This document shows, in pieces, positions 37,282 through 50,990 of a DNA stretch of 64,000 bases. The notes below the pieces were generated by a model, which was not told where the DNA came from, ran no database searches, and saw only the letters and a list, made by a program, of their open reading frames with translations. Every line of letters starts with the position of its first letter. The first letter of the stretch is position 1. This DNA comes from Octopus sinensis (lineage: Eukaryota). Where the stretch lies: positions 13,082,001 to 13,146,000 of the forward strand of contig NC_043020.1 in the NCBI RefSeq assembly GCF_006345805.1, given 5' to 3'. Both the position numbers and the translations under genes were made by a program.

Positions 37282-37480
37282 GTCTGTGTGTGTGTTTGTG
37301 TTTGTCCCCCTAGCATTGCTTGACAACCGATGCTGGTGTGCTTACATCCCCGTCCCTTAGCGGTTCGGCAAAAGTGACTGATAGAATAAGTACTGGGCTT
37401 ACAAAGAATAAGTCCCGGGGTTGATTTGCTCGACTAAAGGCGGTGCTCCAGCATGGCCGCAGTCAAATGACTGTAACGAG
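37082..37480 (+). mobile_element. SINE A, young subfamily
   Basis: Full head through CATGGCCGCAGTCAAATGACTG. Confidence 0.9.
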
Positions 37481-37489
37481 TTAAGGAGT

Positions 37490-38632
37490 AAAGGAGTATA
37501 TGAGGACAGGATGGAAAGCATTCAGAGAGCTGTTACCTCTGTTAGTAATAAAAGTGAATGGGAGATTGTATGGTGTTTGTTTATAAACAACAATGCTGCA
37601 CCATAGTGAAACATGAACTACAAATGCTGAGGACGTTCAAAGGCTTGAAAGAAATTAAACTAGTATGTTCTGCTGGATGTGTAATGTCAGTATGCATATG
37701 AAACAAAGTGTAAACGTGCTGAGAGAAAAATTGGGTATGATACGTAAAAAGCACTATCTGAATCGTGGCCAATGCCAGCGCCGCCTCGACTGGCTTCCAT
37801 GTCGGTGGCACGTAAAAAGCACCATCCGAATCGTGGCCGAAGCCAGTGCCGCCTCGACTGGCTTCCGTGCAGGTGGCACGTAAAATGCACCAATCCGACC
37901 GTGGCCGATGCCAGCCTTGCCTGGCTCCAGTGCAGGTGGCATGTAAAAAGCACCCACTACACTCATGGAGTGGTTGGCGTTAGGAAGGGCATCCAGCTGT
38001 AGAAACATTGCCAGAAAAGACCGGAGCCTGGGGCAGCCTCCTGGCTTCCCAGATCCCTGGTCGAACCGTCCAACCCATGCAAGCATGGAGAACGGACGTT
38101 AAACGATGATGATGAAAAGGACCCAGATATGATGTACAAGAGAGAAGACTGTGCTGGTTTGGTTGCATGATGCAGATGGATGACAACAGCTGCATAAAGA
38201 AGTGCTGATATCTAGATGTGGTGGAAGCTGACAAAATGGGAGACCCAGGAAGACCTAGGATGATGCGGTGAAGACCATTTTCATGAGTTTGAACCTCATG
38301 GACATGATGTCAATGACCTGAGATATCTGGCGATATATGGCCGATGCCAGCGCTGCCTCGACTGGCTCCAGTGCCGGTGGCTCATAAAAAGCACCAACCG
38401 ATCGTGGCCGATGCCGATGCCGGACCCCCCTGGCACCTGTGCAGGTGGCACGTAAAAAGCACCCACTACACTCGCGGAGTGGTTGGCGTTAGGAAGGGCA
38501 TCCAGCTGTAGAAACTCTGCCAGATCAGACTGGAGCCTGGTGCAGCCCCTGGCTTCCCAGACCCCGGTCGAACCGTCCAACCCGTGCTAGCATGGAAAAC
38601 GGACGTTAAACGATGATGATGATGATGATGAT
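37490..38632 (+). mobile_element. RTE C-terminal ORF remnant interrupted by a D copy (37745-38113) and followed by D (38335-38632)
   Basis: WMCNVSMHMKQSVNVLREKLG | VQERRLCWFG...; homologous to ~47100-47270. Confidence 0.8.
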
Positions 38633-39439
38633 GGAGCTCAAAAAGAATCGGCCATTTTTGCAAAATTGAGGTTCTAAAAGCAAAATGTCTTTATAAGACA
38701 ATTGCCCCTCATCTAATTTCCTCATCCAATCTTCCTTCCACTCCTCATCCTCTGTCTCTGATCTCCATATCACCTGCAAACTGCAGTACCCTGCTCATGT
38801 AATTAAATAGGGCAAAACTACATGTTTTATCATTGTTTCTATGGTATCAGTTATCTTTCTCACTAATTTGAATCCTTTCACTCGACTTGCATCCTTCTTT
38901 CATAATATTGCCCCTCTCCATCCTCATTTTATTCTGATCGTGCCACCCTGCTATGCTACCATATTATCTCTCCTCCTTTGAATCACTTCCTGATGACTTG
39001 TCCTGTCACCATACATCTCTTACTCTCTCTCCCCATTCACTATGTCTTTCTCTCCCCACTTACACTCTTTCAACCTCATGCCACTCACACCCTACTTATA
39101 TGTCATGCCTTTTTCTCTCTGTCCTGTTGCCCTTCATCTTCCTGTACTGCCAATCAGCACCTCTCCAATGTATCATGGATTACTCCACTACCGTTTCACC
39201 ACCCTTCCCATCTAATCCCCATCTTCTCTCCCCCTACCATCTATCCAACTCCTTTTATCATAGGCACTGACACCCACCTCCAACACTACATTGACTCTTG
39301 TTCATCATTCAGTATAGTGGCACCCCTACCTGTTCTTCCTCTGCCTCTCCCTTTAGACCTACTTTGACAGGTTGCCACCACCATCTTCATCTCTTTGACA
39401 CGTTGCCACCACCATCTTCATCTTCCCTCCCCAACTCTT

Positions 39440-39850
39440 ATTATTTCTTTATTGCCCACAAGGGGCTAAACATAGAGGGGACAAACAAGGACAGACAAAG
39501 GGATTAAGTCGATTACATTGACCCCAGTGCGTAACTGGTACTTAATTTATTGACCCCGAAAGGATGAAAAGCAAAGTTGACCTCGGCGGAATTTCAACTC
39601 AGAATGTAGCAGTAGACAAAATACCTATTTCTTTACTACCCACAAAGGGCTAAACACAGAGAGGACAAACAAGGACAGATAAATGGATTAAGTCGATTAT
39701 ATCGACCTCGGTGCATAACTGGTACTTATTTAATCAACCCTGAAAGGATGAAAAGCAAAGTCAACCTCAGCGGAATTTGAACTCAGAACGTAGCGGAAGA
39801 CGAAATACCGCTAAGCATTTCACCCGGCGTGCTAACGTTTCTGCCAGCTC
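39440..39850 (-). mobile_element. SINE-C dimer
   Basis: Junction ACAAAATACCTATTTCTTTAC at ~39620. Confidence 0.85.
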
Positions 39851-39869
39851 CCTCCCCCTCTCTTGTCTA

Positions 39870-40400
39870 ACATGAGTAGCTTTTTGTTGACATGGAGAAA
39901 GCATTTGACAGGGTCCCCCACTCCTTTGTCTGGTGGGTGATATGGAAGCTAGGGATAGATGAATGGTTGGTGAGAGCTGTAAAAAGCCATGTACAGGGAT
40001 GCTGCCAGTAAGGTGAAAGTCACCAATAAGCATAAGAAGTTTAGTGTAGAAGTAGGAATTCATCAGGAATCAGTTCTTAGCCCCCATTTGTTTATCATAG
40101 TCCTCCAAGCTATAAAAAGAAAAAAATAAATGCGCCCTTTTAAAGCCTCGCCAGGCTCATGGGCCTGGTTTCCTGGTTTCAACGGCTTATGTGTTCCCCA
40201 GCTGGACGGGATACCAGTCCATCGCAGCCTTACTCATTTTTGCCAGCTGAGTGGACAGGAGCAACGTGAAATGAAGTGTTTTGCTCAAGAACACAATGCA
40301 TCGCCTGGTCCAGGAATCGAAACCACAATCTTATGATCATGATGCTGACACCCTAACCACTAAGCCATGCGCCTCCACCCTCCAAGCTATAACAGAGATT
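39870..40400 (+). mobile_element. RTE RT fragment interrupted by an H2-T4 SINE (-, 40116-40378)
   Basis: FVDMEKAFDRVP...; 14-bp TSD CCTCCAAGCTATAA (40102-40115, 40379-40392). Confidence 0.85.
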
Positions 40401-41181
40401 TATTTTCCAGTTGGGAGCCTGTTCCAATCCCTTCATTCATACTCTAACCTTTCATCACCTAGCATAAAGCTGCCCCTCTTTCTACTGTAGCCCCACTCAG
40501 CCAATGAGAATCTTAGTCTTGCAAGCTACAAGTCAACCTTACAAGTGCTGGTGCCAAAAAAACAAACAAAAAAAAGAGCACCCAGTTCACTCTCACTCTG
40601 TAAAGGGATTGGCATTGGAGAGGGCCCCCAGCTACAGAAGCCCATAACAAAGTGAACATTGGAGTTTGACATAGCCCTCTGACCTGACAGATCCTATCAA
40701 ACCACCCAACCCAAGTCAGCACGGAAGAAGGATGTTAAAAGAAGGATGTACGTAGTCTGTTTCTGAGAGCTATTCTGTTGGACCTCTGTCTAATAATTAA
40801 AGCATTGATTTAATTATGAACATAGAAAGAAATTATACATTAATCCCTATTTTCGTAAGCAGTTGTATCCGTAAAACGATGATCATCTTGCATGTGTGTG
40901 TCTTTTTGATATTCTTATTGTTTCATATTGATTTCAAATTCTGTCACAAGGCCAACAGTTTCAAGGGAACAGGGTTAGTCAATTACATTGACCTCAGTGC
41001 TCAGCTGGTACTTATTTTATCGGCCTCTGAAAAGAAAAAAAGAAAAAAAAAGATGAAAGGTAAAGTTAACCCCAGTGAAATTTGAACTCAGAACGTAAGG
41101 ATGGATGAAATGCCACTAAGCATTTTGCCCGGCGTGCTAACAGTTCTGCCAGCTCACTGCCTTGCCTTTGATATTACTATT

Positions 41182-41630
41182 CATCATCACCGTTTAACGT
41201 CTGTTTTCCGCGCTAGCACGTGTTGGACGGTTCGACCGGGGTCTGGGAAGCCAGGGGCTGCACCAGGCTCCAGTCTGATCTGGCAGAGTTTCTACATTTG
41301 GATGCCCTTCCTAACGCCAATCACTCCGCGAGTGTAGTGGGTGCTTTTTACGTGCCACCTGCACAGGTGCCAGGGGGGTCCGGCATCGGCCACGATCGGT
41401 TGGAGCTTTTAACGTGCCACCGGCATGGAAGCCGGCTAAGGCGGCGCTGGCAACAGCCACGTTCGGATGGTGCTTTTTATGTGCCACCGGCACAGAAGCC
41501 AGTCGGGGCGGCGCTGGCATCGGCCACGTTCGGATGGTGCTTTTTATGTGCCACCGGCACAGAAGCCAGTCGGGGCGGCGCTGGCATCGGCCACGTTCGG
41601 ATGGTGCTTTTTATGTGCCACTGGCACTGT
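41182..41630 (-). mobile_element. Family D with four ~60-bp subrepeats
   Basis: GGCCACGTTCGGATGGTGCTTTTTATGTGCCACCGGCAC repeated. Confidence 0.85.
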
Positions 41631-41911
41631 TTCATATTAATAAGGAATGCTCTTGTCATTAGCTGAAAGTTGTGAGTAAACCTGTGATGAGATAGAAATG
41701 GAATAGTTTTATGATATCTGATGTATCAGACTTTTTAGTTTACCACCAAAGTTAGGTCGCTTAGTAAGATAATTTGCTAGTAATGCAACAAACACCGTTA
41801 AGCCAAACAGTATTGTGTTGTACCTAGCTTATTGTAAACAAAGTGTAAAAGTTTTGTGTTTGCATTGAAACAGATGTTATATGTGTCAGTCAGTTTTGTA
41901 ATGGTGGTTGT

Positions 41912-41970
<59 letters not shown>

Positions 41971-42115
41971 TACATGTACACACTTATATTGCTATTCATT
42001 AGTGTGTGTGTGTGTGTATATATATATCTATATCTATATATATAATATACACATCTATATATATATATATATATATATATGTAATATACACATCTATATA
42101 TATGTAATATATACA

Positions 42116-42216
<101 letters not shown>

Positions 42217-42220
42217 TATA

Positions 42221-42560
42221 CTAGCAGTTAAGCCCGGTTTCACCCAGTCTGTTTGGATGATGTGGTTGTGATCGTTTTCGGTTAGGCATAATCTATAACA
42301 GCGTTTCTCAACCTTATCATTTCGGGTCCCCTGTTTCGATTGGAGCCTCCAACTATATGAAAATTTCTTCCCCCACCCCGCCCCTCCCGTCAGAAAACAG
42401 CTTCAGGAGTTGTGAAGAACGAATTTGTACGTAGTCTGTTTCTGACAGCTATTCTATGGGACCTCTGTCTAATAGTTAAAGCATTGGTTTAATTATGAAC
42501 ATAGAAAGAAATTATACATTAATCCCTATTTTTGTAAGTAGTTGTATCCGTAAAAATTTT
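42221..42560 (-). mobile_element. Probable Helitron family 2, 3' end (internal part also at 40746-40880)
   Basis: Minus strand ends GACTGGGTGAAACCGGGCTTAACTGCTAG|T; ~130 bp shared with 40746-40880. Confidence 0.55.
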
Positions 42561-42893
42561 CTTTGCAGAGAGCAGAAATTGAAAGAAGATATATAAAATG
42601 GACGTGTGTGTGCGTGCGTGCGTATGTGTATATGAGAGAGAAAGAAGGTGAGAAAGAGAACTAAAGATTAAGATTAAGAGAACTAATGAGGTGAAAGAAG
42701 AGGGACAGCATAGCAAAAGTTTTGGCTGACTGTCATCCTGTACTCCTCTTGTTGCTAGCAAAATGGTACATGTTGGCTGTGTGAGCAACTGGTTCCCTCC
42801 CCTCTCACATCCACAACACTAACCATGCTCTTCATCTTTTCAACTCTTTCTCCTTCCCTCCTGCCCCCTCTAAATTTCTCTTCACTCTTGATA

Positions 42894-43286
42894 TCTATAT
42901 ATATAAAAGTGAGGTTGTGTGGTGTCTGTCTCCTACGATTTAGATTCCTAACTACTCCCACATATTACGGTGCAGTTTAACCAAAAGCGGGTATCTTATA
43001 GTCGTGATTCATATCGAGCCCTTCAGCGTATTAGCGCGCGTCTACGATGAGTCTACAATTTAAAAAAAAATTTACCATCATTTTTTTCCCATTTTAATGC
43101 ATTTTTGGCATATATAAGGGAAGTAAATCTCTAAAAATGTATTATTAAATCTCAGAACGTAATCTCAGAACGTAAAAAGCCTTTGTGGTTTGCCATATTG
43201 AGATGACTATTATACTTTACATCTCTAAAAATGCTTATATAGTTATTTCCCTTACAAACCCGAGCAACGCCGGGCGATACTGCTAG
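42894..43286 (+). mobile_element. Non-autonomous Helitron family 1, variant interior
   Basis: A|TC...CCCGAGCAACGCCGGGCGATACTGCTAG|T. Confidence 0.9.
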
Positions 43287-43319
43287 TCACTCTATATATG
43301 GTGATCCCACACCACCAAG

Positions 43320-44520
43320 ACCTTCAACCTAACCCCCAACCTGACACATCCACACTTCTTTGTCTGGCCAAACTTGTTCTGTCCCTTAACTGCTTCTCGT
43401 TCACGGGTGAGTTTTACCCACAGGTCTCGGGAGTGGCTATGGGAACAAGTATAGGTCCCAACTATGTGAACCTGTTCGTTGGCTACGTTGAGGCCCAAAT
43501 ATTTTCAAGATTCACTGGTGCCACTCCTGAACTATACGGTCATGATATTGATGATTGTGTCGGTATGATCTTGCTCTCCCACGAACAACTAGACTCCTTC
43601 TTCTCTTTTGTCCAATCATTCCATCCTGCCCTTGAATTCTCCTGCACTATTTCCAACACTTCCATTGTCTTTCTTGACATTTCCGTCAACATACATCACT
43701 CCACTCTCACCACCTCCATCTACTTCAAACACACTGACTTACACTCATGCCTCATCTTCTCCTCCTCCCACCCTCACCACACTAAGCTCTTCATCCCCTA
43801 CTCCCAATTCCTCCATCTGCACAGGCTCTGCAGTGACAACCATGACTTTGAGACTGTCTCAACTCGTGGCTCACCACTTCATCCTTCATGGATATCTCCT
43901 CACCACTATCCACACAGCCCTTGCCAGAGCATCTTCCATGGACTGTGCATCTGCTCTCTCTCCCCACTGTAATCTGTCTCCCATTTCTCCTCACCTACCA
44001 CCCCTCCACTCTGCCGCCAACACATCATTCTCCGAGCCTTCCAGCAACTCCAGTCCAATCCCTCCACTTTGCACGTCTTCCCCAACCTACCCCTCCCCTC
44101 CTTCAAACGAGCCCATGACCTCTTTGTCCACAGTTTCTTCCCTAGCCTGCTGCACTTGCCCCTACCTCTCCAACACCACCCTCCTCACAGGCATCCATCA
44201 TCGTCCCTATCATATCTCTGACTCCTTCACCAGCACTTACAGCAATGTCATTTACTGCATCTCCTGCTCTTTCTATCCTTCTCTGTACATCGGTCAAACG
44301 GGACACCACTTGGCTGACCAGTTCGCGGAACACCTCAGAGACATCAGACTCAGCAACAACATCCCGGTCTCACGCCATTTCCACTCTACTGGTCATTCAT
44401 TCCAACACCTGTCTGTGTTCAGATTGTCCTTGCACATGGGCCACCTGGACTCCTGCCTTTGCCGTGAACAGGAATTAATCTCTCTTCCCTCCTTTGCGCC
44501 ACATGGGCTCAACTCCCTCT
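43320..44520 (+). mobile_element. Penelope-like element (RT C-half + GIY-YIG endonuclease), frameshifted; Neptune-like by inference
   Basis: QVSGVAMGTSIGPNYVNLFVG...DIDDC...FLDI...IYFKHTD, and SNVIYCISC...LYIGQTG...FAEHLRDIR...VSRHFHSTGH...HGLN. Confidence 0.9.
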
Positions 44521-45385
44521 CATCTTCATCTGACTCCCATCCTCTCTCCTCTCTTCACTCCCATCTTCTCTCCTCTCTTCACTCCTACCTTCCTCTCCTC
44601 TCTTGCCCTGACATCTACTTCCTCTCTTCACTCCTACCCACCTTCTCCCTTCCATCCTCTCCCTTCATCATTACCCCCTCTGTCCACACCCCATCCCTAC
44701 ACATCCTAACCTCACCATCCCTATACATACCAATCCCACCCCACACATCCCACTCCCACGAACCCCATCACCGCCCTCACACCCAACTCCCCCCCACACT
44801 CCACCCTTGCATCCACCACACCACATAATGCCACACTGCACCACACATCAGCACACCACACATCACCACACCACACTACACCAGTACAACACAACACAGC
44901 TCAGACCAAATCTATGGCTGGGGCAAAGTCCCAACCAGACCTAGGGTGATGTGGTGGTGAAGTGATGTTGTAGACGAGGCCATTAAAGTTAAGAAACAGG
45001 CCTGGAAGGACTGGAAGAATGGTGGTAGCAGAGAACTATATCAGGTGGCTAGGAGGGAGGCTAGAAGACAGGTATACTTAGTCAGGGGAGAAGCAGAAAG
45101 GAGGAAGTTTTCCAATGTTCTGCAGTGTGAAGACCAGAAGCTCGAGGTGTTTCAGATTGCAAGACAGTGTGTCAGGGAAAATTGTGAAGCAGTAGGAGAG
45201 AAGTGTGTTCACTTAGATGATGGCTCTCTTGCAGTTAGTGATTCTGCAAAGAAGGAACCTTTGAAGTGCCACTATAAAGGGGTTGCTAAATGTAGAGAAT
45301 ACATAGGAGAAGGAGAACCTGTCTAATGTGGGCCCAACAGAGGGTCAGTTATCCAAATCGACAGTAGCTTAGATAATGCAATTAA

Positions 45386-45591
45386 CCCTTTTGTTACTGT
45401 ATTTATTTTGAGGTGCTCTGTTTCCATTATTTTAGATTATAACAAAGAATTTAGTAAAATAACTTAGTTATCATTAAACTGGTGTTAGGAAAAGTAATTG
45501 TGATTAAGGTTTGGTGGAAGATTTTAATTCAAAACAAGACATTTGTACTACAGAGACAGAGCCAGTTTCAGCTGGGTTGGTATCAAAAGGG
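45386..45591. mobile_element. piggyBac-type MITE inserted in the RTE
   Basis: TTAA|CCCTTTTG...CAAAAGGG|TTAA. Confidence 0.9.
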
Positions 45592-46518
45592 TTAAGGATA
45601 TGAAGACGGAAAACCTTTGGCTCATCAAGAATCACTGCTGAGATGCTTAAAATATCTGGTGGAATGAGAGATGATCTCGTCACCCATTTACTTAATCAAA
45701 TTGTTCATGAGGGAATCATACCCAACGATTGGTATAGCAGCATTATAGTCAGCTGCTAGAAAAGCAAAGGTAATGCCTTAGACAGAAATAATTACAGAGG
45801 TGTTAAATTGCTTGACCAGGTGGTGAAAGTCTCAGAAAGGGTTATAGCTCAATTAATTAGGAAGAGAGTTAGCACAGATGAGATGCAGTTTGGATTTGTG
45901 CCAGGTAGAAACACCACCGATGCAATCTTCCTGCTGAAGCAACTGCAGAACCACTTGGCCAAAAATAAACCTCTGCATCTGGCTTTTGTTGACATGGAAA
46001 AAACCTTTGATAAGGTCCACCGTTCACTTATCCAGTGAGTGATGCAGAAGCTAGGGGTAGATGAATTGTTGGTGAGAGTTGTAAAAGCTATGTACAGGGA
46101 TGTTGCCAGTAACGTGAAAGTTGCCAAGGAGCATAGCAAGGAGTTTAGTCTGGGGATCAATTTTTAGTCCCCTCTTATTTATCATAGTCCTCCAAGCTTT
46201 AACAGGAATTTAAGACTGGTTGCCTGTGAGAGCTCCTCTATGCTGATGCTCTTGTTCTTATAGCTGAATCGCTACCAGAATTAGAGAAGAAATTTCAGGT
46301 GTGGAAGCAAAAACTGAAGTGAAAGGGCCTTAGAGTTAATTTAGCAAAGAACAAAGTCCTAAGTAGGAAAAGAGACAAATCACAGATCCCTTGGGGGTGA
46401 TGGTCCTTCTTGTTCAAAATGTAGAAAAGGCGTTGGGAGAACCTCCATAAAGTGTACTCAGTGTAAGCTATGGACACATAAGAGGTGCAGTGGTATCGCT
46501 TGAAGACTAACAGAGAAG

Positions 46519-46750
46519 GTCGAGCTGGCAGAAACGTTAGCGCGCCGGGCGAAATGCTTAGCGGTATTTCGCCTGTCGTTACGTTGTGAGTTCAAATTCT
46601 GCCGAGGTCGACTTTGCCTTTCATCCTTTCGGGGTCGATAAATTAAGTACCAGTTACGCACTGGGGTCGATGTAATCGACTTAATACATATGTCTGTCCT
46701 TGTTTGTCCCCTCTATGTTTAACCCCTTGTGGGCAATAAAGAAATAGGTA
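46519..46750 (+). mobile_element. SINE C monomer inserted in the RTE
   Basis: GAGCTGGCAGAAACGTTAGC...GTGGGCAATAAAGAAATAGG. Confidence 0.85.
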
Positions 46751-47284
46751 GTCTTTACATGTGGCATATGTGCAGGTACATTAAACATGTATGCACAAAA
46801 ACTAGACTCCCTCAAATGTGAGGAGTGGTTCCTTAGATGTAGTAGACGGTTTTTGTTACTTAGGCGATCGAGTTTGTAGTAGTGGTGATTGTTCTGAAAG
46901 CATATGTGCTAGAATAAGAATAGGTTGGGCAAAGTTCAAAGAACTACTACCTCTGTTGGTAATGAAGGGCTTCTCCTTCAGAGGGAAACACAGATTGTAT
47001 GATGCCTGTATATGAACAGCTAACCTACATGGCAGTGAGACATGGGCTGTAACTATTGATGGTATGTGAAGGCTTGAAAGAAATGGTGCCAGTTTGCTCT
47101 GCTGGATGGGTAATGTCAGTGTGCATATATGACAGTGTACGTGATTTGAGAGAAAAACTGGGTATGAGGGGCATCAGATGTAGTGTGTAAGAGAGAAGAC
47201 TGCGCTGGTGAAGTCATGTAATGCATATGAATGAAGACGGTTGCACCAAGAGGTGCCAATCTCTAACTGTGGGGAGAACAGCGT

Positions 47285-47510
47285 CATCATCGTCATCATC
47301 GTTTAATATCCGCTTTCCATGCTGGCATGGGTTAGCTGGTTTGATGGAGGACTGGTGAGCTAGAGGCTGCACCAGACTCCAATCTGATCTGGCAGAGTTT
47401 CTACAGCTGGATGCCCTTCCTAATGCCAACCGCTCCGAGAGTGTAGTGGGTGCTTTTACGTACCACTGGCACGGGAGCCAGTCCGGCAGCACTGGCAACG
47501 ACCATGCTCG
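47285..47510 (-). mobile_element. Family D
   Basis: CATCATCGTTTAATATCCG...GGATGCCCTTCC. Confidence 0.8.
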
Positions 47511-47590
47511 AATGTTGTTTTTCACGTGCCAACATTTGTCTTCAAAAGAGGGAAATAAGTGAATTTGGACACAAAGGGAGGTAGAGAGAT

Positions 47591-47624
<34 letters not shown>

Positions 47625-48836
47625 TCACACGGTTAGGCAAGCAATCAGACAGGCAGACTGTTAGACAGATGGACACACAGACAGATGTGAGGAATAATTC
47701 CAATGATGCCAACAATGAAAACCTAAAATTGCTGGTGCCGCTGGTGCTGCTTGTTGATGGTGAGGATGTGTTAGTATTTCTAATATTTGAGTTAGATTTC
47801 AAACCCCCGAAATACTCCATTAATATTTCACTAAGCTTCTGTATTAAATATCAGTTCTTATCTGCCTAAACGGTTCTGAAGGGATCGTCTTTCTAATGAT
47901 TTTAGGTTTCCTCTGGTTCCCTACCGTTTCTTTTGTTCACCAATTCCTGCTGTTATAGATTACACATTGAGATTTATTGCTGCCCGCTTTTCTCTAGGAA
48001 CCATTATTATATTAGCGGCAGCCAAAGTATGGTGGTAGTGGTGGTGGTGGTGGAGAATTGGTAAAATGATGGGTGGGGCTGGTGGTTGTTGGGGGGGAAG
48101 GGGAAAACTAAACACCAAGGAGGCAATTATGTTACTTCTTTTTTTCTCAGTTCTTGGTTCAAATTCTGATGAAGGTGATTTTTTATGACTTTTTTTTTCC
48201 TTCGAGGGTTCAAAAAAAAATGTGCTAATAATTAAAAAAACTTTAATTAATCCCTTTGTCCCCAAATTTGTGACCTGCCTCTATGTTGATAGCAGCGGTG
48301 ATGGGGTGGTTATTGCTGATTAGTAGACGTGAAGTGGGGGGTGGATTAATTAGAGAATCAAGAGAGAAAAGCTCAGAATAAACTGTTTGTGAATTCCAGG
48401 TTCTAATTCTACTGTGGCTGATTTAGTCTTTTTTTTTTAAATTAATTTAAAATCAGTCATTAATCAGGTTCACAGAATTGAGGTGGACACACTGGATGTG
48501 TGATGTGTGCACGCTCCACTGGTTGTATCATGTTAACATGTTCTGTTGGTTATGTCACCATGCTCCACTGGTTGTGTAAATGTCGTGCATGAATGATGGT
48601 GTTCAAATGGGTAGAGGTAAAAAAAAAAAAAGGGGTGGGCATAAGAGGGATCATCTGTTAGAGGACTGCACTTCTATAGATGTGGGTGGGTGTGGACGGG
48701 GTTGAAGGTGACAGTTTGGTAATGATGTGTTAAGCAACTGAAGTGGAAAAAACTTGCAAAGTGGGAAGAAGTCCTGATGAACATTGTATTGTCATCTGCT
48801 GACCATCACCAAGAAGATGATAAAGGATCACAACAA

Positions 48837-49230
48837 GGCGCAGGAGTGGCTGTGTGGTAAGTAGCTTGCTAACCAACCACATGGTTCCGGGTTCAGTCCC
48901 ACTGCGTGGCATCTTGGGCAAGTGTCTTCTGCTATAGCCCCGGGCCGACCAATGCCTTGTGAGTGGATTTGGTAGACAGAAACTGAAAGAAGCCTGTCGT
49001 ATATATGTATATATATATATAAGTGTGTGTGTCTGTGTTTGTCCCCCTAGCATTGCTTGACAACCGATGCTGGTTTATGTCCCCGTCACTTAGCGGTTCG
49101 GCAAAAGAGACCGATAGAATAAGTACTGGGCTTACAAAGAATAAGTCCTGGGGTCGATTTGCTCGACTAAAGGCGGTGCTCCAGCATGGCCGCAGTCAAA
49201 TGACTGAAACAAGTAAAAGAGTAAAGAGTA
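48837..49230 (+). mobile_element. SINE A, young subfamily
   Basis: Full head and tail AAGTAAAAGAGTAAAGAG. Confidence 0.9.
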
Positions 49231-49631
49231 AGTAAGAGGACACTAATCCAGAGGGGACCCAAATAGGGAACTCTACACATACAACTGACAATGTCTTACT
49301 GAATGAGAAACGGTAGAACAGTTTCATTAGCCTGGCCCAACAGATAAAACATCAATTTTAACCCAGACTGGTAACATCAACCTCCAATAGCACTGCCTGG
49401 CCAGAAACTTCTGCAAGTTGTCCTTAATTTCTGGGCTGAAAATCCTGAGAATAGACTGTGCAGTGGATCTTCTGTGACCCCTAAAGTTTCTTTCACCCCC
49501 TGTTGAGAACGTTGTCATTCTTGTCCACTGCTAATTCTCTGTAGAACGCAAGGGTTTGATCTGGGATCTGTGAGTGTCAGACAATATTCAAGGTACCAGA
49601 AACCTTATTTTGGTCTTCACTTGCTCAATAA

Positions 49632-50990
49632 TCATCATCATCATCATTGTTTAACGTCCGTTTTCTGCGCTAGCACAGGTTGGATGGTTCGACCGGGGTC
49701 TGGGAAGCCAGGAGGCTGCACCAGGCTCCAGTCTGATCTGGCAGTGTTTCTACAGCTTGATGCCCTTCCTAACGCCAACCACTCCGCGAGTGTAGTGGGT
49801 GCTTTTTACGTGCCACCGGCACAACTGCCAGGGGAGTCTGGCAGCGGCCCCAATCGGTTGGTGCTTTTAACGTGCCACCGGCACAATGGCTTCAAATTTT
49901 GGCACAAGGCCAGGATTGTTAGGGAGAGGGGTAAGTCAGTTACATTAACCCCAGTGCTTGACTGATACTTATTTTATTGACCCTGTAACTATGAATGGCA
50001 AAGTCAACCTCAGTGGAATTTGAACTCAGAACATAAGAAACCAGAAGAATTTCTATTGAGCATTTTTGTCTGGTGTGGTAATGCTACTGCCAACTCATTG
50101 CCTTAATAATATAACTGTTTCAAATATTGGCACAATGCCTGCAATTTTAGAGTATGGAATCAGTCGATTACATCAACTATAGTGCTCAACTGGTACTTGT
50201 TTTATTAAACTCCAAAAGGACGAAAGGCAGTGTCATCCTTTGTGGAATTTGAACTGAGAATGTATGGAGTTGAAAAAATATCACAAAGCATTTTCCCTAA
50301 TGCTCAACCAATTCTGCTAGCTCACTGCCTCGACTGGTACAGCACTGATGGAAGTCCAAACTGATGAAATGGTAAAGTCCTCTCTAATGGCATTTGATCT
50401 CAGAACCTGGAGACCCTCCTGAAACCAGCTCTGGCTCTGTAGTACTAATGTCTTGTTTTCAAAAGTTCTGAATTAAAATCTTCCACCAAACCTTAGTCAC
50501 AATTTATGTTCCCAACACTAGCTTAATGATAACTAAGTTATTTTATTAAATTCTTTGTTATATTTAAAATTAATTGGAAGAAACACATAGCATCTCAAAA
50601 TAAATACAGTAACGAAAGGGTTAAATTAGCGTGTAGCAGATGAGTGGATGAGTCGATATCACTGACCCTAGTACATAACTGGTACTTTATTTTACCGACT
50701 CTGGAGAGATGAAAGAACAAAGCTGAACTCGGCAGGATTTGAATTCAGAATATCAAGAACATTCACATAAACAAAGCACGTTTAGGTAATAACTGTTTCT
50801 GACACAAGCTCAAAAGCCTAAAATATTAAGGAAAGGGTTTTGTCAATTTAACGGATGCCAGTCTTTGTGGGCACTTTAATTTATAGAGCCTTGTGAAGAT
50901 AAAATACAAAATTGACTTTGGTGAGATTTGAACCGAGAATCTAGAGTGTCTGAAGAAATACAACTAAGGATTTAGCATTTCCATCACCTC
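49632..50990 (-). mobile_element. D copy followed by about four co-oriented, progressively more degenerate C' copies; partial piggyBac MITE at ~50420-50620
   Basis: Repeated TTGGCACAA / AACTGGTAC / GAATTTGAAC motifs; MITE end GTAACGAAAGGG|TTAA at 50620. Confidence 0.65.

Larger units (their letters stand above)
44925..47275 (+). mobile_element. Degenerate RTE LINE (linker + RT + C-terminus) with nested insertions
   Basis: YRGVKLLDQVVK...MQFGFVPGRNTTDAIF...LAFVDMEKTFDKV; LLYADALVL; FCYLGD...ARIRIGWAKFKELLPLL; multiple stops. Confidence 0.9.

Noticed and set aside
43608-44828. 406-aa ORF as a host gene
   Set aside because: It crosses frameshifted PLE RT, GIY-YIG and a pyrimidine-rich tail; only part is in the true PLE frame
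47542-47869. Ser/Thr-rich ORFs on both strands as GOPC exon 2 or another exon
   Set aside because: No similarity to the GOPC coiled coil, no clear splice sites, partly (GA)n
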